DNA from: a virus
Lineage: Duplodnaviria; Caudoviricetes
Length of the DNA: 64,000 bases
Virus record (IMG/VR): IMGVR_UViG_3300032234_000388
Location: 1 to 64,000 of that record
Direction: 5' to 3' (one strand)
In this document: positions 8,667 to 19,412 of the stretch, one piece after another
How the letters are laid out: every line of letters begins with the position of its first letter
Position numbering within the stretch: the first letter of the stretch is position 1
Notes under the pieces: model-generated
Database searches by the model: none
What the model was told of the DNA's origin: nothing
The model's input: the letters and a program-made list of their open reading frames with translations, nothing else
Position numbers and translations under genes: made by a program

Positions 8667-9085
8667 TCTGTTCTGTCCTTGTCATCGATAGCACCACCAG
8701 TGACCCAAGCTGTACAAGATCGGGTGCCTGCACATTTGAAATGTAGGAAGTTACAATAGCCTAGGTCTGACTTGTGTATTGTGGCCATTCCGTCTACTGC
8801 TTTCTCATCACCCTTGATACCGTCTTCAATACACTTCCACATCTTGTCTGAAACATCAAAAGCTGCACAGTTGCCACACAGCATTGTCTTGGCAGTCTTT
8901 TCTGTGATGTTCCAACGATCAGCAGCGTCCTTCCAGTATGATTCTGGTGCTTCGGGATTGGCAGGACCGTAGTGGTATTCGTCTATGGCTTTCTGACGAT
9001 TCTTTAGATTAACATCGATGTCGTAGGTAGCGATGGGACAGCCCTTGTTGGCTGCTTCTACTATGTTAATATATTTTCTATACAT
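8663..9085 (-). CDS. Cys-rich hypothetical protein
   Basis: CGNCAAF...GYC...CAGTRSCTAW; HiPIP-like Cys spacing. Confidence 0.7.
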   Translation of the reverse strand: MYRKYINIVEAANKGCPIATYDIDVNLKNRQKAIDEYHYGPANPEAPESYWKDAADRWNITEKTAKTMLCGNCAAFDVSDKMWKCIEDGIKGDEKAVDGMATIHKSDLGYCNFLHFKCAGTRSCTAWVTGGAIDDKDRTE

Positions 9086-9096
9086 TATAAACTTTA

Positions 9097-10590
9097 TTAC
9101 TCGTAAACTGCCGAAGCATAGATGTTGGCAGTGTCGCCGTCGAGACTGTAGTAGGTGATTACTGCTGTGGTTTGTGGAGAAACAGTAAACGTTCCAGCAC
9201 TGGTGGTATTCAATGCGGCTATGCCGGAAGTAATAACGTCAGTGTCTGCGCCGGACGTATTAGTGGCAATAAGTGTAATTACTCTACCAGCAACAATATT
9301 ACTAAATGCCACAGTAAAATCAGTTGTAAATGTGCATCTAACAATATCGTCTGTGGTCACATTAAGTGTTAGTGTAGTTCCACCAACTGCTCCTGCATTT
9401 CTAATAGAGTGCGTGACTAATCCAGTATAGTTAGTAGCGGTTATGTTGTTAGTAACTGCTAGACTGCCCAATGTACCTACACTGGTCAAACTACTTGTGA
9501 CCACTGTGGCATTCAGTGTTGTGCCAGTCAGTGTACCTGCTGCCGCTGTGACTGTGATGTCGGCACTGCCGTTGAAACTTACACCGTTAATATTACGAGC
9601 AGTAGTTAGTGTTGCGGCTGAACTTGCTGTACTAGCATTACCAGTTACATTGCCTGTTAGTACCTTGCCTGATTCAAGAGCGATACCTGTGCTGTCCACT
9701 GTGGCCACTTTGGCCAATGTAGTAGAGTTTAGGGGTGTAGCCCATAGTTCAATAGCACCGCCTTGGTTGGTCAGTGTTTGATTGCCTCGGGCCACATAGA
9801 CAATACGCTGATTGGCTGTGCCTGGAATGTCAGTGCCGTTGTGTGCTGTGCCGCTGAGACGCATAATCTCTTCATTGGCTAATACTGCTGAAGGGCTTGC
9901 CGCGGTGTTGTTGTATCTGCGAGCAACAAAGGCCGCAAAGGCATTTTGTGCATCATTGTATATTCTAGATGGTACGCCAGGCGAGCCGGCAATACCTGTG
10001 ATGTGAAGCATAACTCCAGGGTTAACTGGTGCCTGGAATACTCCGTCTAGTCCGCCAATAATATTCAATGCACCTTCTGCTGAGTCTGCTCCAGGCACTA
10101 ACATTCGTATCTGTCCATCGCCTTTTACAGTGAAGATCGGGGGGACTGAAATGGCTCCTTCTACATCTCCGTCAGTTTTGTATACGTTAAACTCGCCAAT
10201 GACATCAATACTGCCTGTGCCGTTAGATACCAAATACAAATCTTCGTTGGCATTAATTGTAGATAGAACAGCGTAGTCATCCCCTGCTTGTGGGTGGCCT
10301 ACTGGATAAGTTTCCGTAGTAGAAGCAAGGTCGCCAAAACTAAAGTCTAAGCCTTCACTATCAATAATAATTTGACCGCTACCGTTTAGCACAACGCCAG
10401 GGCCTAGTTTAATACCACCAAGTTGTGTAGTGGAAGCAACGGGATAGCTTATTAGACTACCGCCAGGAGTGACACCGTCGCTGATACGCAGAGCTCCGGT
10501 GTCCTCGTCATAGAATAAAGTGCCTGCGGTACCAACATAGGTACCAACAGCATACGACATCTGCCCTGTTCGAAACTTTCTAATAGCCAT
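9097..10590 (-). CDS. tail-fibre/structural protein
   Basis: G/T/A-rich; ASTTQLGGIKLG and TARNINGVSFNGSADIT fibre repeats. Confidence 0.75.
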   Translation of the reverse strand: MAIRKFRTGQMSYAVGTYVGTAGTLFYDEDTGALRISDGVTPGGSLISYPVASTTQLGGIKLGPGVVLNGSGQIIIDSEGLDFSFGDLASTTETYPVGHPQAGDDYAVLSTINANEDLYLVSNGTGSIDVIGEFNVYKTDGDVEGAISVPPIFTVKGDGQIRMLVPGADSAEGALNIIGGLDGVFQAPVNPGVMLHITGIAGSPGVPSRIYNDAQNAFAAFVARRYNNTAASPSAVLANEEIMRLSGTAHNGTDIPGTANQRIVYVARGNQTLTNQGGAIELWATPLNSTTLAKVATVDSTGIALESGKVLTGNVTGNASTASSAATLTTARNINGVSFNGSADITVTAAAGTLTGTTLNATVVTSSLTSVGTLGSLAVTNNITATNYTGLVTHSIRNAGAVGGTTLTLNVTTDDIVRCTFTTDFTVAFSNIVAGRVITLIATNTSGADTDVITSGIAALNTTSAGTFTVSPQTTAVITYYSLDGDTANIYASAVYE

Positions 10591-10602
10591 TACCGCTCCT
10601 GG

Positions 10603-10899
10603 TTAGTTGATATCGTTTTCGTCGCCTGCAGTAACGATGCCAGCCATTTTACGCATACGGCCTAGGTCATCGCCTTGTTCGGGTTGATCATTGTTGCCAT
10701 AAGTGTTATCAACACCGGCTACCTTTTTCAACAGTTCGTGTTTCTGTTGTAAAGGTGGTACCATCAATGGCTCATCGCTGAGTTCTGGCTCCGGTGCCTG
10801 TACTGGCTTTAGGTGCGAGTTAGTAGCACCACCTTGCGGATCATCACCTTGTTGATCTAATAAGTCTGCAATGTCTCGCATAATGTCTGATAATTTCAT
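10603..10899 (-). CDS. hypothetical virion-associated protein
   Basis: MKLSDI N-terminus; LGRMRKMAGI motif. Confidence 0.6.
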   Translation of the reverse strand: MKLSDIMRDIADLLDQQGDDPQGGATNSHLKPVQAPEPELSDEPLMVPPLQQKHELLKKVAGVDNTYGNNDQPEQGDDLGRMRKMAGIVTAGDENDIN

Positions 10900-10951
10900 T
10901 GTTTTCTCTCTTTAAATATTATAATCCAAATCTTGCTTTTTCACGCATAAA

Positions 10952-12295
10952 TTAGGGCCAAGTTGCCACTATGGCGTTGTACTCATTTAACACAGCAGTA
11001 GCATCTAATGCTGTTCCTTGAATTTTGGCTGAATAGTAAATGCCGCCTTTGGCATCATTTACTGATCCTATTGCACCGCTGTTAGCGTGTCTAGCACCAA
11101 TATAAAGATAGTTATTTGGAATAGTAGTTGGGCTTCCTGTTAGTGTTCCAGAGTTGATTAGTGTTCCGTTGATATAGAACGCTACATTTAATCCGTCTAC
11201 AACACTGGTGTAGACTCTTCTCCCCATCGAAGTAATTGATGGTGTCACTGACGTAAGGGTTCTAGTTTGTAAGATGCCTAATTGTGCCGATGTGGTTCCA
11301 ACCCAATACATTATATAACCATCATTGAAACTATAGCGTTCATTACCCCATAATACTACCCACGGAGCACCAGCTGTATCTAAGTTAGCATCAACTGTAA
11401 TTGTAAATGTTGTACTTTGTAAGTTCCGTGCTAAATTTACATATGATCCCGATGGTAGGTTAACACCTGTTCCTGCCACAGAATATGATCCTGTTGGAAC
11501 AAAGGAGTAATTTACTCCATACCAATTAACTGGTAATCCTGCTGGTGTTAAACTAGTATCGTTAATCGTTATTGAACCACTTGTGGCTACAACTGTGCCT
11601 GATGTTGATGTTGTTCTAATTTGTACAGTAAATGTTTGACTACCTTCAGTTATATTATCAGCCGTCGGAGTCACTGTAAATGATCCAGCGTTACTTGTAA
11701 TAATAAATGAACCTGATGTTGCTGAAAAGTCAGAGTTATTGCTAGTACCGTTGTTCACAGTCCAATACAATGTTGTACTGTTTGCCACACCAGCAGTGGT
11801 AACATCAAATACTAGTCCGCTTCCTTCGTTTATTGATCCTGCTCTTGGAGCAACAGAATAACTTACTGCTATCCATGGTCTACCTTCGACTAGTCCGTCT
11901 GAGTTGGCGTTTTCATCTGGATCAACAACATTTCCATTGTAGAGATTAGGTAGTTGTGTAATATCGTAGGTTGCTCTAGCATTTCCATCTGCTGCACGAG
12001 CAGCAGCAGCGATTTCTAATTTTTGTATTTGACGATCTTGTTTAGTACCAACTTGCTTAGTTGTGCAAAGGATAGTATCACCGTCGACAATTCCCATGGC
12101 TGTTAATGTTGTAGAACTGTCACCGTAAGTAATATCATTAATAGAAGGATCGTTTAATTTGCTGATAGAATAATAATCAGTAGGCAATCCTTCGTCTGTG
12201 GCAATAGCAGCAATAAGTTGATCAATAGTAATAGTTAAATTAACTGTTACAGTATCTTTAACTCCAGTAAGTCCCCAATAGTTTATAGTTGCCAT
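10952..12295 (-). CDS. structural protein with Calx-beta/Ig-like and LamG-like domains
   Basis: SINEG...DF...SGS...ADNITEGSQTF...TINDTS; C-terminal FYINGTL...LYIGAR. Confidence 0.7.
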   Translation of the reverse strand: MATINYWGLTGVKDTVTVNLTITIDQLIAAIATDEGLPTDYYSISKLNDPSINDITYGDSSTTLTAMGIVDGDTILCTTKQVGTKQDRQIQKLEIAAAARAADGNARATYDITQLPNLYNGNVVDPDENANSDGLVEGRPWIAVSYSVAPRAGSINEGSGLVFDVTTAGVANSTTLYWTVNNGTSNNSDFSATSGSFIITSNAGSFTVTPTADNITEGSQTFTVQIRTTSTSGTVVATSGSITINDTSLTPAGLPVNWYGVNYSFVPTGSYSVAGTGVNLPSGSYVNLARNLQSTTFTITVDANLDTAGAPWVVLWGNERYSFNDGYIMYWVGTTSAQLGILQTRTLTSVTPSITSMGRRVYTSVVDGLNVAFYINGTLINSGTLTGSPTTIPNNYLYIGARHANSGAIGSVNDAKGGIYYSAKIQGTALDATAVLNEYNAIVATWP

Positions 12296-12522
12296 TATAG
12301 CCCACCTAGTTTGCGAATGCGATCAAGCTCAGCATTATCGCCACCCTGCTGTTTCATAAATGCCACAATAGCGTCGTAGTCGGCCATTGTAGCAACATCT
12401 TCCTGACTTAACTTGATCACAGCTTCTGCTAAATCGTGTAGATCTGCATCTTGTTTAACGTCCTCGCGAGCAAGCTCAAGCAAGCGTATAAACAGTGGCA
12501 CATCTAATTTAACTATATCCAT
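12295..12522 (-). CDS. hypothetical protein
   Basis: C-terminal ELDRIRKLGGL; TAAATA upstream. Confidence 0.7.
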   Translation of the reverse strand: MDIVKLDVPLFIRLLELAREDVKQDADLHDLAEAVIKLSQEDVATMADYDAIVAFMKQQGGDNAELDRIRKLGGL

Positions 12523-12561
12523 TCGTCGAAATCCTTAGTCTAATATTTATGTAAATACAGA

Positions 12562-13773
12562 ATGATAGATAAGAAACCCTTTAACACACTGCTTAAAACA
12601 CTCAAAGACAACGGCAAATACCGTGTGTTTAACGATATTATACGAGAAGCAGGGGATTTCCCTAATGCCATGTGGTACGGCCCGTACAATATCAAAAACA
12701 TTGTAAACTGGTGTAGCAACGATTATCTTGGTATGGGTCAGCATAAAGTTGTGTTAGACGCTATGCACACAGCCTTAGATCACACAGGGTCAGGTTCTGG
12801 CGGTACTCGCAACATTGGCGGTACCAGTCACTATCACGTAGCTCTCGAACACGAGTTGGCCCTACTACATAACAAAGCTCGAGCATTGTTATTTTCGTCA
12901 GCTTATGTGGCCAACGAGTGGACCCTAATAGCATTATCTAAGATCATTCCAAACATACATTTTGTTTCGGACAGTGAAAATCATAACAGTCTAGTTGTGG
13001 GTATGATCCACAGCCGGGCTCCTAAGACAGTGTTTAGACATAACGATCTAAATCACTTAGAAGATATTCTAACATCTGTACAGCTCACAGGCAATGTGCC
13101 CTGTATAGTATTTGAGTCAGTCTACTCAATGGATGGCGATGTAGGGCATATCAAAGAGATCTGTGACCTAGCTGATAAGTATGGTGCCATTACATATATC
13201 GATGAAGTACATGCGGTAGGACTCTATGGTCCCCACGGTGGTGGGAAAGTTGAAGAGCTTGGGCTACAATCCCGTATTGACATAGTCAATGGTACATTAG
13301 GGAAAGCCTATGGAGTCCAAGGTGGCTATATTGCTGCCGATGCAGAAGTAATCGATGCCATCCGTTCAGTGGCCGCAGGCTTTATCTTTACAACTTCGAT
13401 GAGCCCTGTGAGTTGTGCAGGTGCGCTGGCTGCGGTAAAGTATTTGAAGGATCATCCTGAGCTACGTGATAAACATCAAGAGCGAGCTCGTAAGCTCAAA
13501 CATAGATTAGCTGTAGCTGGATTGCCTGCCATGGAATGTTCGACTACTCATATTGTGCCTATTCTAGTAGGTGAAGCCAAACGCTGTAAGGCTATCAGTG
13601 ACGAACTGTTAAATGAACATAATATCTACATACAGCCTATCAATTCACCTACCGTTGCAGTAGGCACGGAGCGGTTGCGTATTGCACCTACTCCGTTTCA
13701 CGATGATGGTATGATTGAAGATTTAATTACTGCGCTGAAGCAGAGTTTTGAGTGTCACCCGGAGCAAGCCTAA
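12562..13773 (+). CDS. hemA: 5-aminolevulinate synthase (PLP-dependent)
   Basis: [54 protein letters not shown]. Confidence 0.93.
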   Translation: MIDKKPFNTLLKTLKDNGKYRVFNDIIREAGDFPNAMWYGPYNIKNIVNWCSNDYLGMGQHKVVLDAMHTALDHTGSGSGGTRNIGGTSHYHVALEHELALLHNKARALLFSSAYVANEWTLIALSKIIPNIHFVSDSENHNSLVVGMIHSRAPKTVFRHNDLNHLEDILTSVQLTGNVPCIVFESVYSMDGDVGHIKEICDLADKYGAITYIDEVHAVGLYGPHGGGKVEELGLQSRIDIVNGTLGKAYGVQGGYIAADAEVIDAIRSVAAGFIFTTSMSPVSCAGALAAVKYLKDHPELRDKHQERARKLKHRLAVAGLPAMECSTTHIVPILVGEAKRCKAISDELLNEHNIYIQPINSPTVAVGTERLRIAPTPFHDDGMIEDLITALKQSFECHPEQA

Positions 13774-14110
13774 AACGATCTTCAACTTGGTCTGAAGTTC
13801 CAACTTCAAAAATAATCGAGTTGGCCACTAATGCCTCCACTTGATGAGGCCCTAACTGTCCAAAGTCTGCGGTCTGTCCTTCACTGAGCTCACTCTGTTT
13901 CATTTCGCCCGTGGCTACATCAATATAACTGATTTTAAACTTACCGGCGTTAACGAACCAACTCTTGGCTTTTTCTTTGTGAAACACCAAACTGGTCTTT
14001 GCACCCGCTCGATCAAACACCAATAGCTTACCGCAGTATTTGTCGTTGTTGGCAAATACCAATTCAAATCCCCATCCCTTATCTACCTTGCCTAGTGTTT
14101 GTAATGTCAT
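13727..14110 (-). CDS. cupin-fold protein
   Basis: KGWGFE...YCGKLL...SLVFHKEK...FEVGT. Confidence 0.7.
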   Translation of the reverse strand: MTLQTLGKVDKGWGFELVFANNDKYCGKLLVFDRAGAKTSLVFHKEKAKSWFVNAGKFKISYIDVATGEMKQSELSEGQTADFGQLGPHQVEALVANSIIFEVGTSDQVEDRFRLAPGDTQNSASAQ

Positions 14111-14727
14111 TATGGCCTCTTATCGATAATTTTATCAGCAAGCCCGTACTCCACTGCTTCTTCTGCTGATAGGAATGTGTCGAACTTCATAGTTTCAAAC
14201 AGTTCCTCATAGGTCTTGCCTGCAGTATTGTGTCGCACATACAACTGTGTTAGTCGTTCATTAACTCTTTTTGATTCTTCAAATGAACGCTTGGCATCTT
14301 CAAACTGTAGATCCTGTACGTGAACTGATCCACTAGTACCACGTGTGCCCGAACTCACACGATGAATCATTGTACGTGCTTCTGGTAGCACAAAGCGTTT
14401 GCCTTTGGCACCTGCCTGTGACAAGAAGCTGCCCATTGAACAGGCCTGTCCCATAACATAGGTAGCCACATCGCATTTGATAAACTGCATGGTATCATAG
14501 ATAGCCAATCCTGCTGTGACTGCGCCTCCTGGACTATTAATAAACAGGCTAATATCCTTGTCTGGATTCTCTGATTCTAAGAACAGTAATTGGGCAACAA
14601 TACTGTTAGACATCATATCCTCTACCGGACCGTTAAGCATAATTACACGCTCTCTTAGTAAACGACTGTAGATGTCATAGGCCCGTTCGCCTTTACTTGT
14701 AGATTCTACTACCATTGGTACTAACAT
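14110..14727 (-). CDS. clpP: ClpP protease proteolytic subunit
   Basis: [35 protein letters not shown]. Confidence 0.95.
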   Translation of the reverse strand: MLVPMVVESTSKGERAYDIYSRLLRERVIMLNGPVEDMMSNSIVAQLLFLESENPDKDISLFINSPGGAVTAGLAIYDTMQFIKCDVATYVMGQACSMGSFLSQAGAKGKRFVLPEARTMIHRVSSGTRGTSGSVHVQDLQFEDAKRSFEESKRVNERLTQLYVRHNTAGKTYEELFETMKFDTFLSAEEAVEYGLADKIIDKRP

Positions 14728-14830
14728 ATGATTCCTTTATTGTGATAACTCTAATAGTTTATACGAAAAAAGATTGATTTGCAAGATATCTGAGTATATA
14801 ATTGTTAAATATTGCAGCTGATTATTTCCA

Positions 14831-15340
14831 ATGTCAACACTATTATTAAATGCAGACATGCAACCTCTTAGCCTATTACCGCTATCTACAGTAGATTGGC
14901 AGGAGGCCATACGCTACATGGTTTTGGACAAAGCTACTGTGTTAGAATGGCATGACAATTGGATTGTTCGTTCAGCACGTTGGGAAACCCGTGTGCCTGC
15001 TGTGATCATGCTCAAAGATTACCAAAAGCCCAAAGCCACTATTCGTATGAGCAAACGCAACATATTCTTGCGTGATGAGTACACTTGCCAATATTGCGGC
15101 TGCGAAGTCACAGAGCCTCATGCCACACTGGATCACGTAATACCACAGAGCCTAGGTGGCAAGACCACTTGGGAAAACAGTACCACCGCTTGTAAGCCCT
15201 GCAATTATCGCAAGGCAGCATCAACTAAAATGAAACCCAAACGAACTCCTCACAAGCCTCACTTTTGGGAGCTAGTAGACAAACGTCGCAAACGTGGCTT
15301 TCATAATGGGCATCCTAGCTGGGCCGACTATTTGGGCTAG
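14831..15340 (+). CDS. HNH endonuclease
   Basis: RDEYTCQYCG...TLDHVIP...GG...WEN...CKPCN. Confidence 0.9.
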   Translation: MSTLLLNADMQPLSLLPLSTVDWQEAIRYMVLDKATVLEWHDNWIVRSARWETRVPAVIMLKDYQKPKATIRMSKRNIFLRDEYTCQYCGCEVTEPHATLDHVIPQSLGGKTTWENSTTACKPCNYRKAASTKMKPKRTPHKPHFWELVDKRRKRGFHNGHPSWADYLG

Positions 15341-15341
15341 G

Positions 15342-15371
15342 TTGACATTGTGGTACAATTCGTAATATAAT
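15342..15371 (+). promoter_or_regulatory. sigma70 promoter
   Basis: TTGACA-18-TATAAT. Confidence 0.65.
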
Positions 15372-15400
15372 AACAGCTAGAACAGATAGCCAAGGATTAT

Positions 15401-16138
15401 ATGTCTAAAAAAATTATTGTGGAATCTAAAAACGGAGCTGACAACGTTGACAAAAGTCGACGGGCAACCAATATCTCAAATCTCGATGAGGATAAGGTGC
15501 AATGGCAGAAAATCGTCAACGGTGATACTAAGAGTAAAGTGATTCCTACCATTAAAAGCCGATTAGAAAAAAACTATGAGTATTACGGTTTTAAAAATAA
15601 AGAAGACATTGATTTCAAAGCAGTACAACGTATGGCTAAGAAATATCTTGAAGCAGACAAGGATCTCCAAATTGATTACTGTCGCGACAGTACTCGACAA
15701 AGTATCGATGAAAGTGTTCAGACGGCTACTCTTAGAAAATACGTTAACGACTCTTTTGAAAATATTTCTAATGGCAAGGAAGTTCCATTCAATGGTAAGA
15801 TTGTTTCAAAAAAAGAAGCAGTAGGTCTTAATGGCAAACAAATTAAAGCTCGCAGTGTTGATGCAGTTGGTGAGATTTCAAACCGTAAGGTAAAGATCTT
15901 TCAAAAGTATTCAAAGGTCGCAGGCAGTGGGCAGTCACATCAAACCTTAGAAACACAAAATTGGCTAGAAGAATGTTTTAAAATCAAAGATAAAACTATT
16001 TTGTTTGTTGCACAACTAGACGGCGGAGAAGCAGAAAGTCATATCCCAGAACTGCGAGAATTGATAGGCAATCAAAAAAATATTTTTGTTGGCAACAGTG
16101 AACAAGTAATTGACTGGTTAAACTCTACAAATAAATAA
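15401..16138 (+). CDS. putative PD-(D/E)xK-type restriction endonuclease
   Basis: RSVD...FQKYS..AGSGQSHQ pattern; AT-rich; adjacent to a DNA methyltransferase. Confidence 0.45.
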   Translation: MSKKIIVESKNGADNVDKSRRATNISNLDEDKVQWQKIVNGDTKSKVIPTIKSRLEKNYEYYGFKNKEDIDFKAVQRMAKKYLEADKDLQIDYCRDSTRQSIDESVQTATLRKYVNDSFENISNGKEVPFNGKIVSKKEAVGLNGKQIKARSVDAVGEISNRKVKIFQKYSKVAGSGQSHQTLETQNWLEECFKIKDKTILFVAQLDGGEAESHIPELRELIGNQKNIFVGNSEQVIDWLNSTNK

Positions 16139-16195
16139 ACACACTATCGATTTTGCTGAAAATGCCGCGATAGTATTAACTGAAAAAGGTACACT

Positions 16196-17227
16196 ATGAA
16201 CTATGAATTACATCTATACGACTGTGTAGACTGGATGAACTCTCAAGCAGAGAAGTCTATACCCTGCATTATCACATCCCCGCCTTACAATCTCGATATC
16301 AAATACGGCAAGTACGCTGACGATCTGCCTCGCGAAAGTTATTTAAAATGGCTACACGATGTGGCTGTGGCTATGAAACGAGTTTTAGCCGACGACGGAC
16401 ATCTGTTCTTAAACGTTGGGTATTCTAATATAGACCCTTGGGTAGCTATGGATGTGGCACAGGTGTTCCGGCAAGTATTTGTCCTGCAAAACAACATCAC
16501 GTGGGTCAAACACATTGCAGTAAACGATCAAGGGTATGGCCAATACAAACCTATTTCCAGCGACAGATTTTCCAGTGCTACTACCGAATCAATTTTTCAT
16601 TTTACCAAAGACGGTACTGTCAAGGTTGACAGACTAGCAATTGGACAAAGAAACAAAGCAGAAGGATATAAGTACCCTGAACTGTACAGCGAAAGTAGAC
16701 ATGTGGCAACACATCGACGAAAAGCTGCTAGGCGTCTAGGGTTTGTTAATTGGATGGATATCAAAGACAAGGGCACTGCTGAGCAGCTTCTAGAATTTGA
16801 AACTACTCTTGCAGAACTGCTAAAGAAAAATCCATATGATCCAGACAAAAAGAAGTGTATCGGAAATGCATGGTTCATTCCATACACACCAACTTCTAAA
16901 CTGGCAAAAGAAATGGGTGCTGAAAACGATACAGGGACCCGTGATGGCAGCAGAGGCGGACATCCTGCAACCTTTCCAGAAACGCTGCCCGAAATGTGCA
17001 TTAAGTTCAGCGGAATTCCACAGGGCAGCAAAGTCTATGACCCATTTATTGGAACAGGAACCACAGTGCTGGCAGCTGTCAAGAATGGAATGTACGGTAT
17101 CGGTACAGACATTGACTCTGAGTACCTTGCATTCTGCCATCGTAGGTTAGATAACACATTGAATCCAAAGTCAACCAAAGCTGCCCAACCCAAAATAACC
17201 AATATTGTGGACAGTTTGTTTGATTGA
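16196..17227 (+). CDS. beta-class N4-C/N6-A DNA methyltransferase
   Basis: Motif IV TSPPY near the N-terminus; HPATFP and motif I DPFIGTGT near the C-terminus. Confidence 0.92.
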   Translation: MNYELHLYDCVDWMNSQAEKSIPCIITSPPYNLDIKYGKYADDLPRESYLKWLHDVAVAMKRVLADDGHLFLNVGYSNIDPWVAMDVAQVFRQVFVLQNNITWVKHIAVNDQGYGQYKPISSDRFSSATTESIFHFTKDGTVKVDRLAIGQRNKAEGYKYPELYSESRHVATHRRKAARRLGFVNWMDIKDKGTAEQLLEFETTLAELLKKNPYDPDKKKCIGNAWFIPYTPTSKLAKEMGAENDTGTRDGSRGGHPATFPETLPEMCIKFSGIPQGSKVYDPFIGTGTTVLAAVKNGMYGIGTDIDSEYLAFCHRRLDNTLNPKSTKAAQPKITNIVDSLFD

Positions 17228-17252
17228 CAAGTTGCTCAAATGATGTTATAAT
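17224..17252 (+). promoter_or_regulatory. sigma70 promoter
   Basis: TTGACA-17-TATAAT. Confidence 0.85.
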
Positions 17253-17282
17253 ATATACATATTAAACAGTTAGGAGCAGATC

Positions 17283-18608
17283 TTGCGTACACAGCCAGAA
17301 GTTATTATACAGCGTCTTGAAGCAGACAATTCTAGATTAGCCAAAGAAGCCATTCTCAAAGAAGCAATGGAAGAAGGCCTAGATGAGTTCTTTGAAGGAC
17401 TGGCTATGGCCCTAGACAAGCTCTACACCTTTGGTGTCAAGCAAGTTCCAGTTAAAGAAGAAGCGGCCGGTCAAGGACTGAGTTGGACTAACTTCAAACA
17501 GTTAGCTGAAAGTCTACGACGTCGTGAGCTCACAGGGCATAGTGCTCGCGATGCTATCAAACTAGCTATGGATGTGGCCACACAGACACAATGGAACGAC
17601 TTTTACCGTAGAATCCTAATCAAAGACATGCGAGCTGGCTTCGGTGAAAAGAGTGTGAACTCTGTAGCAAAGAAAGCTAAGAAGCCCCAGTATGCTGTGC
17701 CTGTGTTTGAGTGTATGCTAGCGCACGATTCTGCTAATCACGAAGCCAAACTCACAGGCAGTAAAATTCTACAGCCCAAACTAGATGGTGTTCGTGCTAT
17801 CACTGTGGTAGACTATGAAGCCAAGACAGTGACCATGTACACACGCAACGGTAAAGTCTTAGAAAACTTTGGGCATATCACAGGGTATCTAGAAGGCTTT
17901 ATAGAAGAGTTCGGCAGATCGTACATTTTGGACGGAGAAGTAGTTAGTCGTTCATTCCAAGATCTAATGAAGCAGGTACATCGCAAAGACAATGTGCAGG
18001 CCACAGATGCTAGACTGTGCTTGTTTGATATTGTACCCCTAGTAGAGTTCAAAGCAGGCCGGAGTGTTATGGCACAGAAACGTCGTAGTGCTTTCCTCAA
18101 GAACTTTGAGAACATATTCAACGATTCGGGCTTTATTGAAATCATTCCGCAGATTGAAGTTAATCTAGACGAGTTTATGGGTGAGATTGAGTACAAAGAC
18201 TACAATAAAAAAGCAGTAGAACAAGGCTTTGAAGGCATTATGATCAAAGATCCTAACTCACTGTACGAATGCAAGCGTACCACATCTTGGATGAAGAGCA
18301 AGCCCTTTATTGAAGTCAGCCTCACAGTCACAGCAGTAGAAGAAGGTACAGGGCGTAATAAAGATAAACTAGGTGCATTGGTAGTTGAAGGAACAGATGA
18401 TGGCAAATATATTGTGGTCAACGTTGGGTCTGGGTTTAGCGATGAACAGCGCAGTGAGTTCTGGGCAGCAAAAGATACACTCATTGGTCAGGTGGTGGAA
18501 GTCCGTGCGGATGCAGCGACTAGGAGCCAAGATAGTGAGGACACGTATTCACTCCGCTTTCCACGCTTCCTTAGATTCCGCGGCTTTAGCAAAGGTGAAA
18601 AGATCTAA
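17283..18608 (+). CDS. ATP-dependent DNA ligase
   Basis: KLDGVR (motif I), LDGE, FDI, EGIMIK, WMKSK, SLRFPRF. Confidence 0.95.
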   Translation: MRTQPEVIIQRLEADNSRLAKEAILKEAMEEGLDEFFEGLAMALDKLYTFGVKQVPVKEEAAGQGLSWTNFKQLAESLRRRELTGHSARDAIKLAMDVATQTQWNDFYRRILIKDMRAGFGEKSVNSVAKKAKKPQYAVPVFECMLAHDSANHEAKLTGSKILQPKLDGVRAITVVDYEAKTVTMYTRNGKVLENFGHITGYLEGFIEEFGRSYILDGEVVSRSFQDLMKQVHRKDNVQATDARLCLFDIVPLVEFKAGRSVMAQKRRSAFLKNFENIFNDSGFIEIIPQIEVNLDEFMGEIEYKDYNKKAVEQGFEGIMIKDPNSLYECKRTTSWMKSKPFIEVSLTVTAVEEGTGRNKDKLGALVVEGTDDGKYIVVNVGSGFSDEQRSEFWAAKDTLIGQVVEVRADAATRSQDSEDTYSLRFPRFLRFRGFSKGEKI

Positions 18609-18609
18609 A

Positions 18610-18849
18610 ATGGATAGAACAGCAATCAAAGACCTACTCTATGGCGGCATTGTAGAACTGATGCGTAATCGTCATTACTATTATAACTCAGGGGTCAACA
18701 GCACCTACAACAGCTGGACTGATGAGGGCAAGGCTGCCCTAGCAGAATACATGACCCTAGTGGCGGGCAAGATGTGGGAAGCAGAGCAGGTAGAGCTCGA
18801 TAGTCGTGCCCGAGATCTAGTGGTAAAAGAACTTAAATCTAAGAGTTAA
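18610..18849 (+). CDS. hypothetical protein (start MDRTAIK)
   Basis: ATG 1 nt after the ligase stop. Confidence 0.65.
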   Translation: MDRTAIKDLLYGGIVELMRNRHYYYNSGVNSTYNSWTDEGKAALAEYMTLVAGKMWEAEQVELDSRARDLVVKELKSKS

Positions 18850-19409
18850 AGCCAGCTGTCCACAGCCTGATGGCTGCTTAATGTGGTAGCGTTGGTCCAT
18901 AGGTCTTCTATGGGCTGTTCAAACAACCACTCGGGCCCTAGGTTATGGGCCACCAACCAAGAATGTTCTTTACGCCAGGGTGCCTTGCCTGCCAGCTCAC
19001 CCAGCAGTTGATCACGCTGCCACGAGCAGTAGCCGTACATGATACGAAAATGCTGGGGGTAGTCTCCGTCTGCGATATGTTGGAACATGCCCATGTTTGA
19101 AGTCATTGACCATTGATCGTCTATGCTCACAGTGACCCCCTCTATTGACCACTCTGCAGAATGCAGCATCCAAATGGTGGTAGGGCTCATGGGCCCACCC
19201 CAATATAGGGGAAAGTTCAGTTCACAGTCTAGATCGAGATCTACTTCTTTGATTAGGTCTTGTAGGGTATGATGGCTTTCACGATTGACGCACAGAGCAA
19301 AGCTGCCCTGATCGTGATGATGGGTCAACATCAATACACAGTCTTTAAAACGATGGTCTGGTAATCCAGGGGGTGCAATGAGTAGATCAGTGTCCTGGGG
19401 TATGACCAT
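18846..19409 (-). CDS. yqgE: YqgE/AlgH (DUF179) family protein
   Basis: LLIAPP..D..F...V, YWGGP, GYCSW...QL..EL....WL. Confidence 0.85.
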   Translation of the reverse strand: MVIPQDTDLLIAPPGLPDHRFKDCVLMLTHHHDQGSFALCVNRESHHTLQDLIKEVDLDLDCELNFPLYWGGPMSPTTIWMLHSAEWSIEGVTVSIDDQWSMTSNMGMFQHIADGDYPQHFRIMYGYCSWQRDQLLGELAGKAPWRKEHSWLVAHNLGPEWLFEQPIEDLWTNATTLSSHQAVDSWL

Positions 19410-19412
19410 GTG

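Noticed and set aside
9155-10006. Plus-strand ORFs opposite the tail-fibre gene (and similar antisense ORFs elsewhere, e.g. 16597-17140, 24643-25579, 36932-37507)
   Set aside because: Shadow frames of well-supported genes, with no RBS or motifs.
14831-15340. HNH as an intron-encoded homing endonuclease
   Set aside because: Free-standing; neighbouring genes are intact and no intron structure is visible.
18385-18609. Extended starts in the ORF track (also 4844, 22681, 30543, 33844, 34712, 36776, 39408, 47230, 48384, 63916)
   Set aside because: They overlap upstream genes or promoters; downstream starts have an RBS or leaderless promoter geometry.
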